Below are positions 48,655 through 64,000 of a DNA stretch of 64,000 bases, piece after piece; position 1 is the first letter of the stretch; every line of letters begins with the position of its first letter. The notes under the pieces were generated by a model that saw only the letters and a program-made list of their open reading frames with translations, had not been told where the DNA came from and ran no database searches. Location of the stretch: contig VJWM01000135.1 of the NCBI GenBank assembly GCA_010909165.1, positions 248,001-312,000 of the forward strand, written 5' to 3'. The stretch is from Anthoceros angustus (Eukaryota > Plantae > Anthocerotophyta). Made by a program: the position numbers and the translations under genes.

Positions 48655-49350
48655 GAGCTTCTACTGGCGTCTGCTTTCAAATCTGAGCCCCCGATCCCAC
48701 TTCACATGACGGCCAGCAATCACTGACCGCCATACAAAAGCTGGATTCAAAATCAAGGGTGCACCAAATTGTGGCAAAAAATAAACCTCTTTATCACCAC
48801 TCATCCCGGTCAATGACCACTTTCTTGCCCGTTTTTCACCTACGAAGGTTAGTTCTCACCTTGCGATTAAATTTTATACTATGATTTTTACATAATAGAT
48901 ATTTTTTAAATTCATTCCCATGTATATAAAACTTTATCGATTTCATATTTTATTAAATATCATCAAATATTCTTTTTTTCATAATTATTTTATCCAAAGT
49001 TCAAAATTTACTTAAGAATAATCAGCTTTAATTTTTACTGGGGAATTGTTTTTCACATTTTCTTTTCCTAGTTCTATAGCCCTCAACACTATCTACAACT
49101 TTGCTTCACAGTGTATAGTGTAAACACAAATCGAAGATCCTCATTTTCAAATCCTTATACTAAAACTATTTACGAAGTTTGTCATTTTATATCTCCTTCA
49201 TGCAAAATCCAATGAAGATGAGACTCGGTCCGTGTACTTCATACTGCTTCTTGAGACTACTCAAAAAAGGGAGTTGGGCCGATGATGCTGCTAGTGGATT
49301 CATTCTATTTTAGATATGATTAATTTATATCTCTGCTGTATGTCAGCCTC

Positions 49351-49355
49351 GCGGG

Positions 49356-49398
<43 letters not shown>

Positions 49399-49423
49399 GC
49401 GTGTTCGATCCACGCTCACCGCA
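49351..49423 (+). tRNA. trnF-GAA: tRNA-Phe (GAA), nuclear plant type
   Basis: GCGGGGATAGCTCAGTTGGGAGAGCGTCAGACTGAAGATCTGAAGGTCGCGTGTTCGATCCACGCTCACCGCA folds as a cloverleaf with A/B boxes and a GAA anticodon. Confidence 0.97.
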
Positions 49424-49923
49424 GTCGCAAGGCCTCTGAGTATGATAAGAATTTGACACACTGATATCATGCCCCTTTTGTGTCACGGTGGCTTGTTGTT
49501 GTGGAGTAGCATGTGGCAGGATGGGGGAGGTGCCGAATCCGAAATTGATGCCAAGGACAAGAAGGACACACAAGACTGGAGTTTGGAGTGTGGTGCGGGC
49601 ATGCATGGCGCCGCGCGCAGAACACAAGACTGCACTGGGTGACTCGTGACTCGGTGCCACTGCCATGCAGGCCATGCAGTTTAGCAGTCTGTCACTGCCC
49701 CACGCCGAGGAGTACTACCCCACCACGACACACGCCCGGCCGAGCGGCCGAATCCAACAACCTAAGACGGGCTTCGCGGGAAGCAGCAAGATCTTGACTT
49801 CCCTTCCATACCCATGAGTATGCGGTGTCTCGAGCGGAGCTGCCGTTAAAGTTGAAGCTGAAGCTGAAGCAGAAGGCAAGCTTGCGACCGCTGTGGTGGT
49901 GCGAGCGGTAGCCGGCAGGCGCC

Positions 49924-51507
49924 ATGGCGGTGGATATGATCAACCTGTTTATGGATGTGGTGTGGCCGCCCACGGCGCTCATGCTGCTGGCCGCGCTCTA
50001 CCCGATGATGTTGTTTATCAGATTCTGGTCCTGGGTGTTCAATTTCATGTTCCCTGAGAATATGCACAACAAGGTGGTGATCATCACGGGAGCTTCGTCT
50101 GGCATCGGCGAGGTGAGTCATCCGCTCCTCACGCTCGACGAAGATGATTGATGGATGCATTGGTTATGCAAGTGAGGTCCGGTGACGGTGTTCCCACGCC
50201 GCGCCTGCAGAAAACGGCCTACGAGTATGCCAAGCGGGGAGCCAAGCTGGTGCTGGCCGCCAGGAGAGAGCACTTGCTGCGGGACGTGGCGGAACGGGCT
50301 CGTCGATACGGCGCTCTGGACGTGCGGATCATTCGCGCGGATGTGAGCAAGCGAGAGGACTGCAAACGGATCATCGACGAGACGATCAACCAATACGGAC
50401 ATTGTAAGTCCCTCCTAGCATAGATACATTCTTGAGGCATTTTTGCCAGCATAACGTTGGAATTGATAGCTCACCTTGCTGCGCATGCATGCGCATGTGC
50501 TGCCGCGCAGTGGATCACTTGGTGAACAACGCTGGAGTGTCGACAGCGTTCCTCGTCCAGGAGTCCAAGCCTCAGGCCTTGCATCATTGTTTTGTGAGTG
50601 TGCACCAGCAACGGCCGGGTCTTGAATTCACGCTTCGTCCTCACTGTTACGTCGCCATCCCGTGAGTTGCCACTCGCAGGAATGATGACTCCTCACTTAT
50701 TGATGCTGACAGGACGTCACGTTCTGGGGGAATGTGCTGTGCACCTACTACGCGCTGCCTCACCTGAGGCGGAGTAAGGGACGAGTGGTGGTGAACGATT
50801 CAGTTTGCTCCTTCGTCCCGTATCCGCGACTCTCGATTTACTGCGTAAGTCAGTGGAGGGGGTTGTGGGAAGATAGACGGGTTCTTGATGAATCAGGCAA
50901 GCTTGAAATTCGCGTGCTGCGCAGGCTTACTGAACTTGTCACGCTATGTGGCGCCTTTCAGGCAGCGAAGGCAGCTCAACTGCAGCTCTACTACACGCTC
51001 ATGGTGGAGCTGGGAAACAGCGTAGGGATCACCATAGTCTGCCCTGGATGGATCGAGAGCCAGATGACGCAGGGCAAGTTCATCAACGCCGACGGTGTGG
51101 AGAAGTGGAATGATCCGAACATCCGCGATGTAAGCTCTGCACAATGCTACGATCTTTTCTTGGCTCGTCAGTGACATGTCTCACAGATCTCTGTGCTTGT
51201 GTGTCAGATGGTGATTGGCCCAGCTCCGGTAGCGTACACGGATGTAGCAGCCAAGGCGATATACCACGGAGCAGTTCACAGGAAACGGTTCGTGACGGTG
51301 CCGCTTTGGTATTACCCGCTGCTGTACTACCGCGTGTTCGCACCGGAGCTCCTGGACTGGTTCCAGCGCCTCTTCTTCCTCGTCCCGGTCACGCAGGACA
51401 AGAAACCTCTGAGCAAGGTGGTGTTGGATGCCACGGGTTTGAAGTCTGTGTTCTACCCGCCCTCCATCCTGCGTCCTCCGCAAGTTACCGGTGGGAAGGC
51501 GGAGTGA
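49924..51507 (+). CDS. HSD: Steroleosin / 11-beta-hydroxysteroid dehydrogenase-like SDR, 6 exons (49924-50112, 50211-50403, 50511-50593, 50713-50844, 50962-51129, 51208-51507)
   Basis: Hydrophobic N-terminal anchor with a proline knot (VVWPPTAL), VVIITGASSGIGE, LVNNAG, DVTFWG and catalytic YCAAK. All introns are GT-AG. Confidence 0.92.
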
Positions 51508-52176
51508 AGGGGAGGAGGTTTTGCAGTTTTGGGACATTCAGATATTCAGGTTGTGCAAGAGCGTTGTGTGTGAAAGTGCGGCGCATTTAGAATCAAACAC
51601 CTGAGATGGATGAGCATTGACAGCTCGTTCATCAGGTGTTATTCATGTACAAAGTGAAATGTTGCAAACAAGTGTTCCAAAAACCGAAGACGAGTCAAAG
51701 ATGACCGAGGGCGGCCAGATTAATCTGGAACGTAATGGCATTATGATCAAGAATTTCTCAGTTGTTTCTGGTGCACGAGGTAATGGGAAATGTACTTGAA
51801 TCGCTAGTTTGATACCTAAACGTATCTTCTGGTATGAACTACTATCCAGGATGCGCGCCCCATGCTGAAAACGTTATCACCGTTGCCAAGATGCAAAACT
51901 TCTGCAACTGATGCTGCAAAATATATTGCCAACATCACACCTCAACAATCTTCCTATCCTCGATGATGTACAAAGGCAGTTTATCTGCCCCATTAACTAC
52001 GAACAACTCATAATGCATTAAATACAGCCGTAATCTACAATCTGATGCACTACAAACTCACCGGAAATGGACATCAATTTTCCATGATCTTGTAGAAGGT
52101 GATAACAATTTCCGACTACTCAACAGATGTACAGAAAATTGCTGACATATTTGAAGCAGGCCTCCACAATTAACAC

Positions 52177-55708
<3,532 letters not shown>

Positions 55709-56887
55709 AGTCCAATTCCACCCCGCCCCAACAGCAGCAGAGAGACCAATTCACAAACCCAGCACCACAATCCTGCTCCCGCCCAGCCCTAACTGCGATT
55801 CAGATGCTGCTTCCAAGAACGTGGCTCCCTTCCCCGGGCAGCCTCCAAGCCGCCCCGACCCACCACCAGAACCTGGCTCCTTCATGGCGCCCAACTCGGG
55901 GCCTCCCTCCAGCTCCCCGCACCCGCACTTCAGCCCAAAACCCAAGTCGGCTCAGCAGGCTCAGTCCCAGCAGGCACCGGCATGCGTGAAGAAGAAAATG
56001 GAGCAGGCACTCATATTCCGACAAGGCACGCAATTGCAAGCTGGGGAGAGCCGGAGCTCGGGAGGAGAAGCATCCGGTTCCGTACCTGGCTGCGCTGCAG
56101 CAGCAGCGAGGCGGTAGGAAGGGGCAGAGGATGATTGCAATCGGTGCGAGGCGGGAGCATGACATTTGAAGCAGCGGGAGTGGTGGAGTCTGCGTGCTGC
56201 CTGATTGCAGCAACAGGGCGACATGGCGGCAATCGGGTCCACGCATTCCCAGAATGATTGGTTTATTTTCATGCAGTGTGCTCCGACAGGGCGGCGGAAA
56301 AGCGGAGGCCCTCACAAACAAAACCACAGACCCACAAAACCACAAAACCACAAAAGGGCCCATCCATCGATGAATTCCCTATGTATGAATACGAGAATAT
56401 TCACATTATCTGCGCACGCTGCGCCTGACCGCAAACCGGTCACACTGCTAACCGGACAACTTGTCGCAGTCAAAGCCCCGTCTCAACGTGCCTTGTTCGT
56501 AACCTCCACCTACTACTACCTACCTTCAGTGGTGCCTCGAGTCCCAACTACTCTTCACGAGACCGGGTCTTGGGAATCGGACCCTTCAAAAACATTACCT
56601 CTCTTTTTTGCTGGTGCTTCTTTTTTGCTTCTTGCCTCTTCCTTTCTGCCTCTTCCTTTCTTCCTCTTCCTTTCTGCCTCTTCCGCTTTCTGCCGCTTCT
56701 GGTCGTGTGGCCACCCATTTTGTCTCTCTGCATATTACACAACAACATGAAGACATCTCAACCAACAACATGAAGTCGATCTCAACCAATTGCATTATAA
56801 CATGTAGTACACCTGGAAAAGCTATGACATTGTGATAGCGGGAAGGGAGGTGGAAGTTCTTGCGCATGGCTAGCTGGATTTGATTGG

Positions 56888-58000
56888 ATGGAGGAAGGGC
56901 TACTTCCTGGGCTACCGGATGATCTTGCTTTGCAATGTATGTTACGGGTACCACGGATTTATCATGTGAGTATGCGGATAGTGAATTCGCACTGGAGGCG
57001 GTTGGTTGGGAGTAGTACATTCTACTCAGAAAGAAAGAAGCTTGATATTTGTTGTGCGTCCATCTTTTTCTTGCCTCAACAAAGCAAGCAAGTGGATGTT
57101 TTGGATTGCATTGAGTTTGATTTGGTGTCCAAAACAAAAGTTAGAAGATGCTTTCGCAATCACTTCATAAGGGAGAGTATCTTTTTAGATGGTCATGGAT
57201 GTGCGTCTGTCGGAAAGTGTGTGCTGGTATTTGGAGGGCAAGAACATGGACCAAAGTACAAAGCTCATGGGCACTTGAATATTTTTGATACCATGACGAC
57301 GCAGTGGACTCGGGGAGCGAGTATGTTGGTTCCTAGAGGAGGTATGGCATGGGGAGTGCTTAAAAACCACTTGGTTGTAGCTGGAGGTTATGGAGGAGAA
57401 GGGATAGGTTCTCGTATTGAAGCAGAGGTTTACAACTTGAATAAGAATGAATGGTGGCCGGTAGCTAGTCTACCCTATATGTTGCTTATTGACTTGTTCT
57501 TTGTCTTGAAGGAGAGACTCTTTGTTAGGGGTTGGATTCGTGAAACTCATTCATCCAAATTGGTTTCATATCATCTTAACTCTAATACTTGGAAAGAAGA
57601 GCCTGAAATGCTTAGATATCTTCAAGGTTCAGCTCCCTTTTGTTTGAACAAAGTTGCAACTACTTCAATCGATAATTCCATCTTTATGTTAGAGGTGAAA
57701 GACTCCACCGTTGAACCACAAGCAGAGACAGAGCCTGTGCTTCTTAATATCATGAAGCTTGATACCAAAGAGAGAAAGTGGAAGAAAATATGCAGGATTT
57801 TGGATGAGGTTATGCATTATGATTGTGAATGCTCGTTCGAGAGAGATGTTCGCTTTCACAGCATGAAAGACAAAGTTGCAGTTTTAGACCACTCTGAAGA
57901 CCAAGATGATATTGAAGTGAAAATAGTTGGACAAAGAGAGGTGCTGAGGGTTTCTATCCTTTGCCCATCGCAGTGGACAACAGCGGTTATTGAGGCTTAA
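56888..58000 (+). CDS. F-box/kelch-repeat protein, intronless, 370 aa
   Basis: LLPGLPDDLALQCMLRVPR F-box, plus kelch repeats VLVFGG...WTRGASMLVPR and LVVAGG...EVYNLNKNEW. Confidence 0.9.
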   Translation: MEEGLLPGLPDDLALQCMLRVPRIYHVSMRIVNSHWRRLVGSSTFYSERKKLDICCASIFFLPQQSKQVDVLDCIEFDLVSKTKVRRCFRNHFIRESIFLDGHGCASVGKCVLVFGGQEHGPKYKAHGHLNIFDTMTTQWTRGASMLVPRGGMAWGVLKNHLVVAGGYGGEGIGSRIEAEVYNLNKNEWWPVASLPYMLLIDLFFVLKERLFVRGWIRETHSSKLVSYHLNSNTWKEEPEMLRYLQGSAPFCLNKVATTSIDNSIFMLEVKDSTVEPQAETEPVLLNIMKLDTKERKWKKICRILDEVMHYDCECSFERDVRFHSMKDKVAVLDHSEDQDDIEVKIVGQREVLRVSILCPSQWTTAVIEA

Positions 58001-61000
58001 AAGGACAATGGAGCCAATTGCTTGCAATACTCCTCCACTCCTTTTTATGTATATCTCTTGGATTTTATCCTTTCATGGGCTTTTGGCTCTCCATTTCCTT
58101 CCAAGTGGCCAAGATACATGAATGCAGAACCGGCCCTGGCCTAACAGGTAACGGGCGGTGACCGTACGGATATGCTCAACAAGATGAAGCTGAAGATTCA
58201 AATCACAAGCGACACGAGGTACAAGTGAATCTCTGGGCTCCAGACTTCCGGTCCATGCGTGTGTACGTGGGCTCTGGAGATTATGGGCAGGGTACATTCC
58301 TTCTTAGCAGCATCTGGAGACGTGGATGGCGGTACCGTATTCGCACGCCTTTAGATCAAATGAAACCACAGGCCCGCAGCGGCTGCTTCCTCTCTTTCCC
58401 ACCCAACGCAGCAGAATCTGCCATGACTTATCTCTCTTACGCGAGCATCAGCCTGAGGTCTCAGCCAGACAACACTTGTGTGCTGATAGCTGGGCGCATG
58501 GCTCTGCCACCTGGCAATTGGGCCACTTGCCGTGTCCGAACAGCAAGAGTCATCAAATCAGATTAGATCAGATCAGATCAGAGGTTGAACGTGCGCTGGG
58601 TTTTGTCAGGCACGCAAGTTTGTCGGAGAGAGGGGGAAGGCAGCGAGCATCCTCGCAAAACAGGAAGACCTTGTGATGCCCCTAAACCCTACCGACAACT
58701 GCAGAGTTTGGGGCACCAGCTCTCCCTTCTCACTGAGAGTTAAGGGTTAAGTAATGGTGCCCCTGAGATAAGTTTTGCAGAGGATGAAATGCTGCTTCGC
58801 CTTCAGATCACGAGATGCAGTGCAACAGAGAAAAAAGATTGCTGCCAGTAACCTACGCACGCAGTGCATGAAGAGTAAAAGCTGTGCGAGATCCTGCACA
58901 GAACCTGGAGCTGCTGGCCATGGTGCTTGTTGGAAAGGTGACGGGAAAAAATTTCCCATCTGAGAAAGCAACCTTCGGACTACATCTGGAGACGTGAGAC
59001 CTTAGCACCGTAAGCATGGTGCGCTGTATGAGGGTGACCTAGTTGAGCAGTAAACAGTCACTTCCTGATGATGAGGGTCCTGTAGACCTACATTGTAGAT
59101 TCTGTCGCTGCTGATAGCAAGCTCTAGATTGCACTGGCACTCTGAAGCTAGCACCAAGTCTGGAAGGAACAGTAACATGACTACAGCTGGTGACACATCC
59201 GCTTACAGCTTTGCTCCCAAGAATTTTGACCTGCCTCTCGTGTCATTTCAATCTCCTAATACTGCCCTTCATGATGGGCTGTATGCCTGCACCAGCGAAC
59301 TTCCTCGGAGTTTTTTGGCATCATGTTGGCGTCATCACTCACGAAAACGTTTCTCAAGGCAATGAAATATTACCTTGCATGCAGTGGCTTTTGCAGGCAC
59401 ACCGAGGTGTCCCCTCCGTCGCAGTCAGGTAGCAGAGCTCACAAGTTGTGTTCTATAACGGCTATCATTATTTGTGTTCTAAAACACCTTCAACAACAAT
59501 CGAAACAAGTGCCATTGAAGCTCCTCTGACCTGGAACATGTCGAACACCATCCTGTGACACCTGACTTAAAAGATCCTTTCTTGGCCATTATAGCGGAGT
59601 GAAGGGACAACAGGTTTAAAGGCTCTTGTGTAACAAGGTACAGACCTACGAAAGGTGCGAACTGGTGTACTTGCATCGGTCATCAGCACTGCAATCATCT
59701 GGACTCGAACATGGAAAGGCCGAGGTGGGCTGGCTTAAGATGTACAGGTTGTGTCGATCATCCCGATCCACATGCAGAACAACTTCGTAGTCTTCTCAGC
59801 ATGATTGACGCCTTCAAGTTTGCAATCCTGAAGCACGGCAGAAGGGTTGGGTGCTTCACTACACTACAAAGTGGGAACTCTGAGAAATGACATTTCATCA
59901 GCATGCCGTTTCACGTTTGCTGGCCCAGGACCCTACATACAAAGTTTCCTGGAATCCTTGCTTTAGACAACTATAGGGGGCCCCGGGGCCACAAAAGCTG
60001 CTACAGCTTAAAGTGAGGAAGGCAATCTAACGAAGTCGATTGCACGCCTTGTGGCCCTTGCAACTGATGAATACATATATGTACATCGCTAGGATATTGT
60101 GACCTCTTAGCAAATACTACCTGAAGGGAATCTCACAGACCTGCCCTTGAAAATCCTTGTTTTTGCTTTGCTTGGCAGAATATATGAGACTTTGTGTATT
60201 ATTATATCTTTTCTTTAAAAATCTCACAAAATGCTCTTTAATTCCTCCCTTATAATGCTCCCTTTTTTTGAAGTATTGGATTTAAAGCCAAAACTCCAAC
60301 GCAAACTATCATATTACAAGATAATTAATAAATTATATTTTAATATATAATAAAAAAGACATGGCTTATGACATTTTGTAATGTAATTTAGACAAGGTGA
60401 TTTTTTAACCTTATATTATACCTAATATCTACTTATAGTTAAATAAAAAGAAGTTAGATTATCCTGCAAACACCTACCTAATACTCGTCATTCTTCTTGT
60501 ACCCTACAATTTTTCTTCTTTTTCTTCTAGGTATAAGTAACATAATCATTATCAACGTGGAGAATCTCGCATTTAGATCTCGCACCTTCTAGGTATAGCT
60601 AAGTATATGTTCATACATATATTATAGATATTTATAGACTCTTGATGTTTTCTATATTATACTAGTATACACTGGCCTATGGGGTTGATTGCCAAGTAGG
60701 AAAGTGAAATGGGTGTGGTCTATGGTGTCGTCCCTGAGTTAGGTCACACTTGACTTTGCTTTGGGGGTTGTGTGCGTGAGACCACTTTTATTGAATTGAA
60801 TACTAGCATAACGTTTTCATTGGCTGTGTATTATATCTTAGCAACAAAATATTTTATCTTAACAATAGGCTATATCAATTGTCCAATGGGTATAGACTAT
60901 GTTTTATCGTGGGCAACATCCTTTCTAGTATGATCTTAGGAGATTAACCAATCGTTATTATATAATTTGAGTATATAAAATATAATTTCTTATTATTTTT

Positions 61001-61149
61001 CTAAACAATTGCAGAACAACCAATCAATAGAGCATTAAAAAACTATTGAAAGTAGATACTAAGATATAAATCCTTGTTTGAAAGTTGATAACTATACTAT
61101 GATAAACATCCTGGTGTGGAAACTGATTTTTTAGTAATAATCAAGAAGA

Positions 61150-64000
61150 ATGAGTCTTCATGTATTAAACAGGAATAGAGTAGACTTTATTAAAAGACGA
61201 GAAGAACTTTAATAGAGTAGACCTGAAGTACGAGGAGGAACAACCCAAAAAGGGCTAATGGTAAAAAGGGAAGTCCTAGTCCCGTCGAATGCCTTTCCCG
61301 TAACTACCTACTGCACCAATGATATCGTGATCAAGGGTGATGAAGGGCCTAGCTGCCACCGGTGCTGAAGAAGCCGCTAGTCCTACGCAAGTAGCTGTCC
61401 TATAAACAGCGTTAGCCAGCGCTTTCTGCAGAGCTATTCCTTAATTAACCTCGAGAAGTCCTTGCCCATAGCCCCATGAGTCTCGAGGGCGAGGGGGATG
61501 AAAACATGGTCGTCTTGCATGGAAGAGTACTTATGAGTCTTGCTGGTTGCGCATCCTTCCGCCGCCCAGCGCGGGGGGATTGATGATGACCTGCTTGCAT
61601 ATGGAATCCCTCGTGGGATCCGTGACAACCATATCAACGATGTAAATTTGCTCTCCCCTGATATAAAAAAGGTCCGCTCTGAGTGACACGCCATTACGCA
61701 ATGTATATGGGCGCTCTCTATACGGAAAAAATCCGCTCTCCTTAGTTATCGAAAACATGACGTCGCGAACGGCATCCTGTGTAGCAATACTTGCCCCCCC
61801 CACGGGATAACACGCCAAATGGGACCCGGAGTTGTCGATGAGAGCTCCACAACTGCACATGGAAAGCGAAGAGGCCAGAAGATGAGCCAAACCGAGGCGG
61901 ACCTTCATCGCGGTCAAAAAGGACGCTGGTGCGATTCAGAACGCCTAAATGCAAGGCCGAGGCAGAAGCGAGGAGCCTGCCCCCTTCCCCGAAGAGGAAT
62001 GCCTGGGAATGGAGGAGTCTAGAAGAAGGGCCCTTTGCGCCTGTAGATATTGCTTCTCCTGGAGAGAGGCTTGAAGGCCACGCATCCCTTCCCTAGAGAA
62101 AGAGGAAAAAGAGGGCATGGCTTCCCTAGCCTCTGAGGAAAGGGAGTCCCTAGCCCGCCTCAGAGAGATCTGCAAGGGAAACTTTAAGGCCCCCTCCTCA
62201 TCACTCGAGACGAAGGCTTCTAGAAGTCTTGCATTAAGAACCGAGAGGCCAAAATTGGGGCAGAGAGGACCCAACTCCCGAGGAAGGCCACCGGAGCCAA
62301 AGCCTCTATGGCCCAGCAAACCAGTGCCTCCAAAGGCTCCTGGCAATGATGTTTGTTTCCGCACCAAGTCACTGTCGGCGCATTCGAAGGTGCCGGGACC
62401 TATGATATCCCCAAGCGCTTGCATAACCTGCCTATCAAAATTTCTCAAGCTTGATAAAAAGGTCAGGGATGGACCAACCGTCCTGGTAAGATAACCTGGT
62501 TGACGCGCGAAGCAGGAAGACAAAATACCAAACGCAACCTGAGGGTCCCCAATTTGTGAAAGGTCCCCAATGTGAGCCTTGTCTTCTTCCAAAGCCGCGT
62601 CCACAAACCCTTGAATAAAGTCAGGGGGACCCAGCGGAATTCCAAGGACTCGAAGCCCTTGCGGAGAAATAATATCCCCCCCTGGATAGTGAAGAGAGGG
62701 TGTATTGCTAGAAGGGGACCACACATTGCACTTATCAACCTTGACCCTTAATCCCATATGCGAGAGCTCCAAGGAGAAGAGATTAAAGACATCTCTCACC
62801 TTGTCCCCTAGCCCGAGGATATGGGTATCGTTAGCGACGAATGGGAAAAGGCACTCACGAACTGCAAAGGCTGTGAAGGACAGCGCCTTGAAATGCGCCA
62901 TGGCGAAGATGGCGCCCTCCAATGGATCCTCTTGCCTTGTGCCCGTCGTCGAGTGGAGAACCGAAACACCTTCCGTAGCTGGACCATGTTGATATATAGT
63001 AGAGATTGGACAGAGAACCGTAGAAGGAGCAAACAAATGGAATGAGGCCTGCCAAGTGCCCACCTGCGTCCCTGAGTTCCGAGAAAATGATAGCCCTGGA
63101 CACAGTGTTGAAGGCATTCTTGACATCCACGTGTAGGGCAACCCAATATGGGTGAGACTTGAGGACCGCCTAGATACCAAAGGCCGCATACTTACAACCG
63201 CCTAGAGTGGCAATCCCAAATTGGTGGGGGCAAAGGTGCTCCCGAAGTTGAATAGCAATGTTGCGGCTGATCAAGCGCAGGAACGCCTCCCTAACAGCAA
63301 CACGGTGCACCCTTGACGTAAGTTTCTCCAAAGCTAGTAACCTGCAAGCCCCCAAGACCTGGGAGATCCTGCGAGGAGCCTTGCCTTTGGCCACAGCCGC
63401 CGCCAGGATGAAAAGCTCTGAAAAACCACTAGAGGGATCCTCTGGGGAGAAATAATCGCGAAGGTGGTCATAAAGTGTCTCAGACAGGCCACTCAAGGAG
63501 AGACGGGGGGTAGTGGAGAGGGCCCGACCAAAGACCGCCCTGTCTAGACAAAAAGGCTCATCGGGCATGAAATCAAAGATATCCTGTGGAATGCTCTCAC
63601 TGGGGGCCGGATGAAGGGCACGGAGCGCGGCAATGGTGTCCTCGGAGGCCGGTGCCACTAGCTCCGAGTGCAGAGCCCTAGCAGCCCACGTGTACTCACC
63701 ATTCCGACCCAACATATGACACCTTCGGAGACGCGCCTTATTAGGGTCCGGACATACCTTATCGACCTTGGCCAACTCCAACCTAAATCTTGCCGCCAAA
63801 AGATCCTCCTCCTGTAGAGCCTCTCAATTCCCTGCCCGAAAGCGGCGGAGGCGGAAAGCCACCTCCCTATGGCATGAAGGGCCGCCCCTAGAGCGCTGAA
63901 GACACCACCTAGGAAGGAAAAGGAAAAGAGTCCAAGCAAGCAGTCCAATGGAAGGCGATACGCAAGGTGAACATCGTTGTGAAGACGCCTCAGGAGCCGC
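61150..64000 (-). mobile_element. RLE-type (CRE/SLACS-like) non-LTR retrotransposon, degraded; runs off the window end
   Basis: RT motifs RLLALEK...VAVREAFLR, HQFGIATLGGC, DVKNAFNT, QEDPL and LGIPLG; zinc-knuckle-like CSCG...HLAC...QDAV; RLE ADL...VDMVV...KTHKY...FIPLALETHGAMG. There is a TAG at 63170 and several frameshifts. Confidence 0.85.

Noticed and set aside
49435-49475. C/D box snoRNA in a tRNA-snoRNA dicistron
   Set aside because: The C box is imperfect (ATGATA) and the distance to CTGA is too short for a typical snoRNA.
56600-56705. CT-rich imperfect repeat giving K/R-rich or F/L-rich ORFs
   Set aside because: It is a low-complexity tract upstream of the F-box gene and not credible as coding sequence.
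58678-58692. Telomere-like CCCTAAACCCT
   Set aside because: It is only about 1.5 units, which is expected by chance or as a telo-box.
58073-59676. Short ORFs between the F-box gene and the LINE
   Set aside because: No motifs or consistent exon structure could be recognised.
60655-60790. tRNA-derived SINE-like GC island in AT-rich DNA
   Set aside because: There are no convincing A/B boxes, tail or TSD, and only one copy in the window.

Overview
Eukaryotic nuclear DNA from a land plant, probably a non-seed plant. This is inferred from a moss-like GLR3, a steroleosin/HSD, a CYP71-clan fragment and a plant tRNA-Phe. About 2.5-48.3 kb is a nested, indel-riddled transposon cluster. It is flanked by a P450 pseudogene and a RING-H2 ORF on the left, and by clean host genes (tRNA-Phe, HSD, GLR, F-box/kelch) and an RLE-type LINE on the right. 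The main result is that two unrelated mobile elements each carry their own DNA methyltransferase. (1) A Ty3/Gypsy element (about 37.6-45.65 kb, minus) has the order gag-PR-C5 cytosine MTase-RT-RH-INT-PHD finger. (2) A 12.3-kb Sola-like DNA transposon (2547-14819; perfect 30-bp TIRs, AGTT TSD) has a transposase on the plus strand and a ParB-like + beta-class N4/N6 amino-MTase gene on the minus strand, and is studded with a 20-bp GC palindrome. Both MTases had to be rebuilt by hand across frameshifts. The error pattern (1-3 nt indels and noisy tandem duplications confined to repeats) suggests many lesions are assembly or polishing artefacts. No database searches could be run, so family names come from motif recognition.
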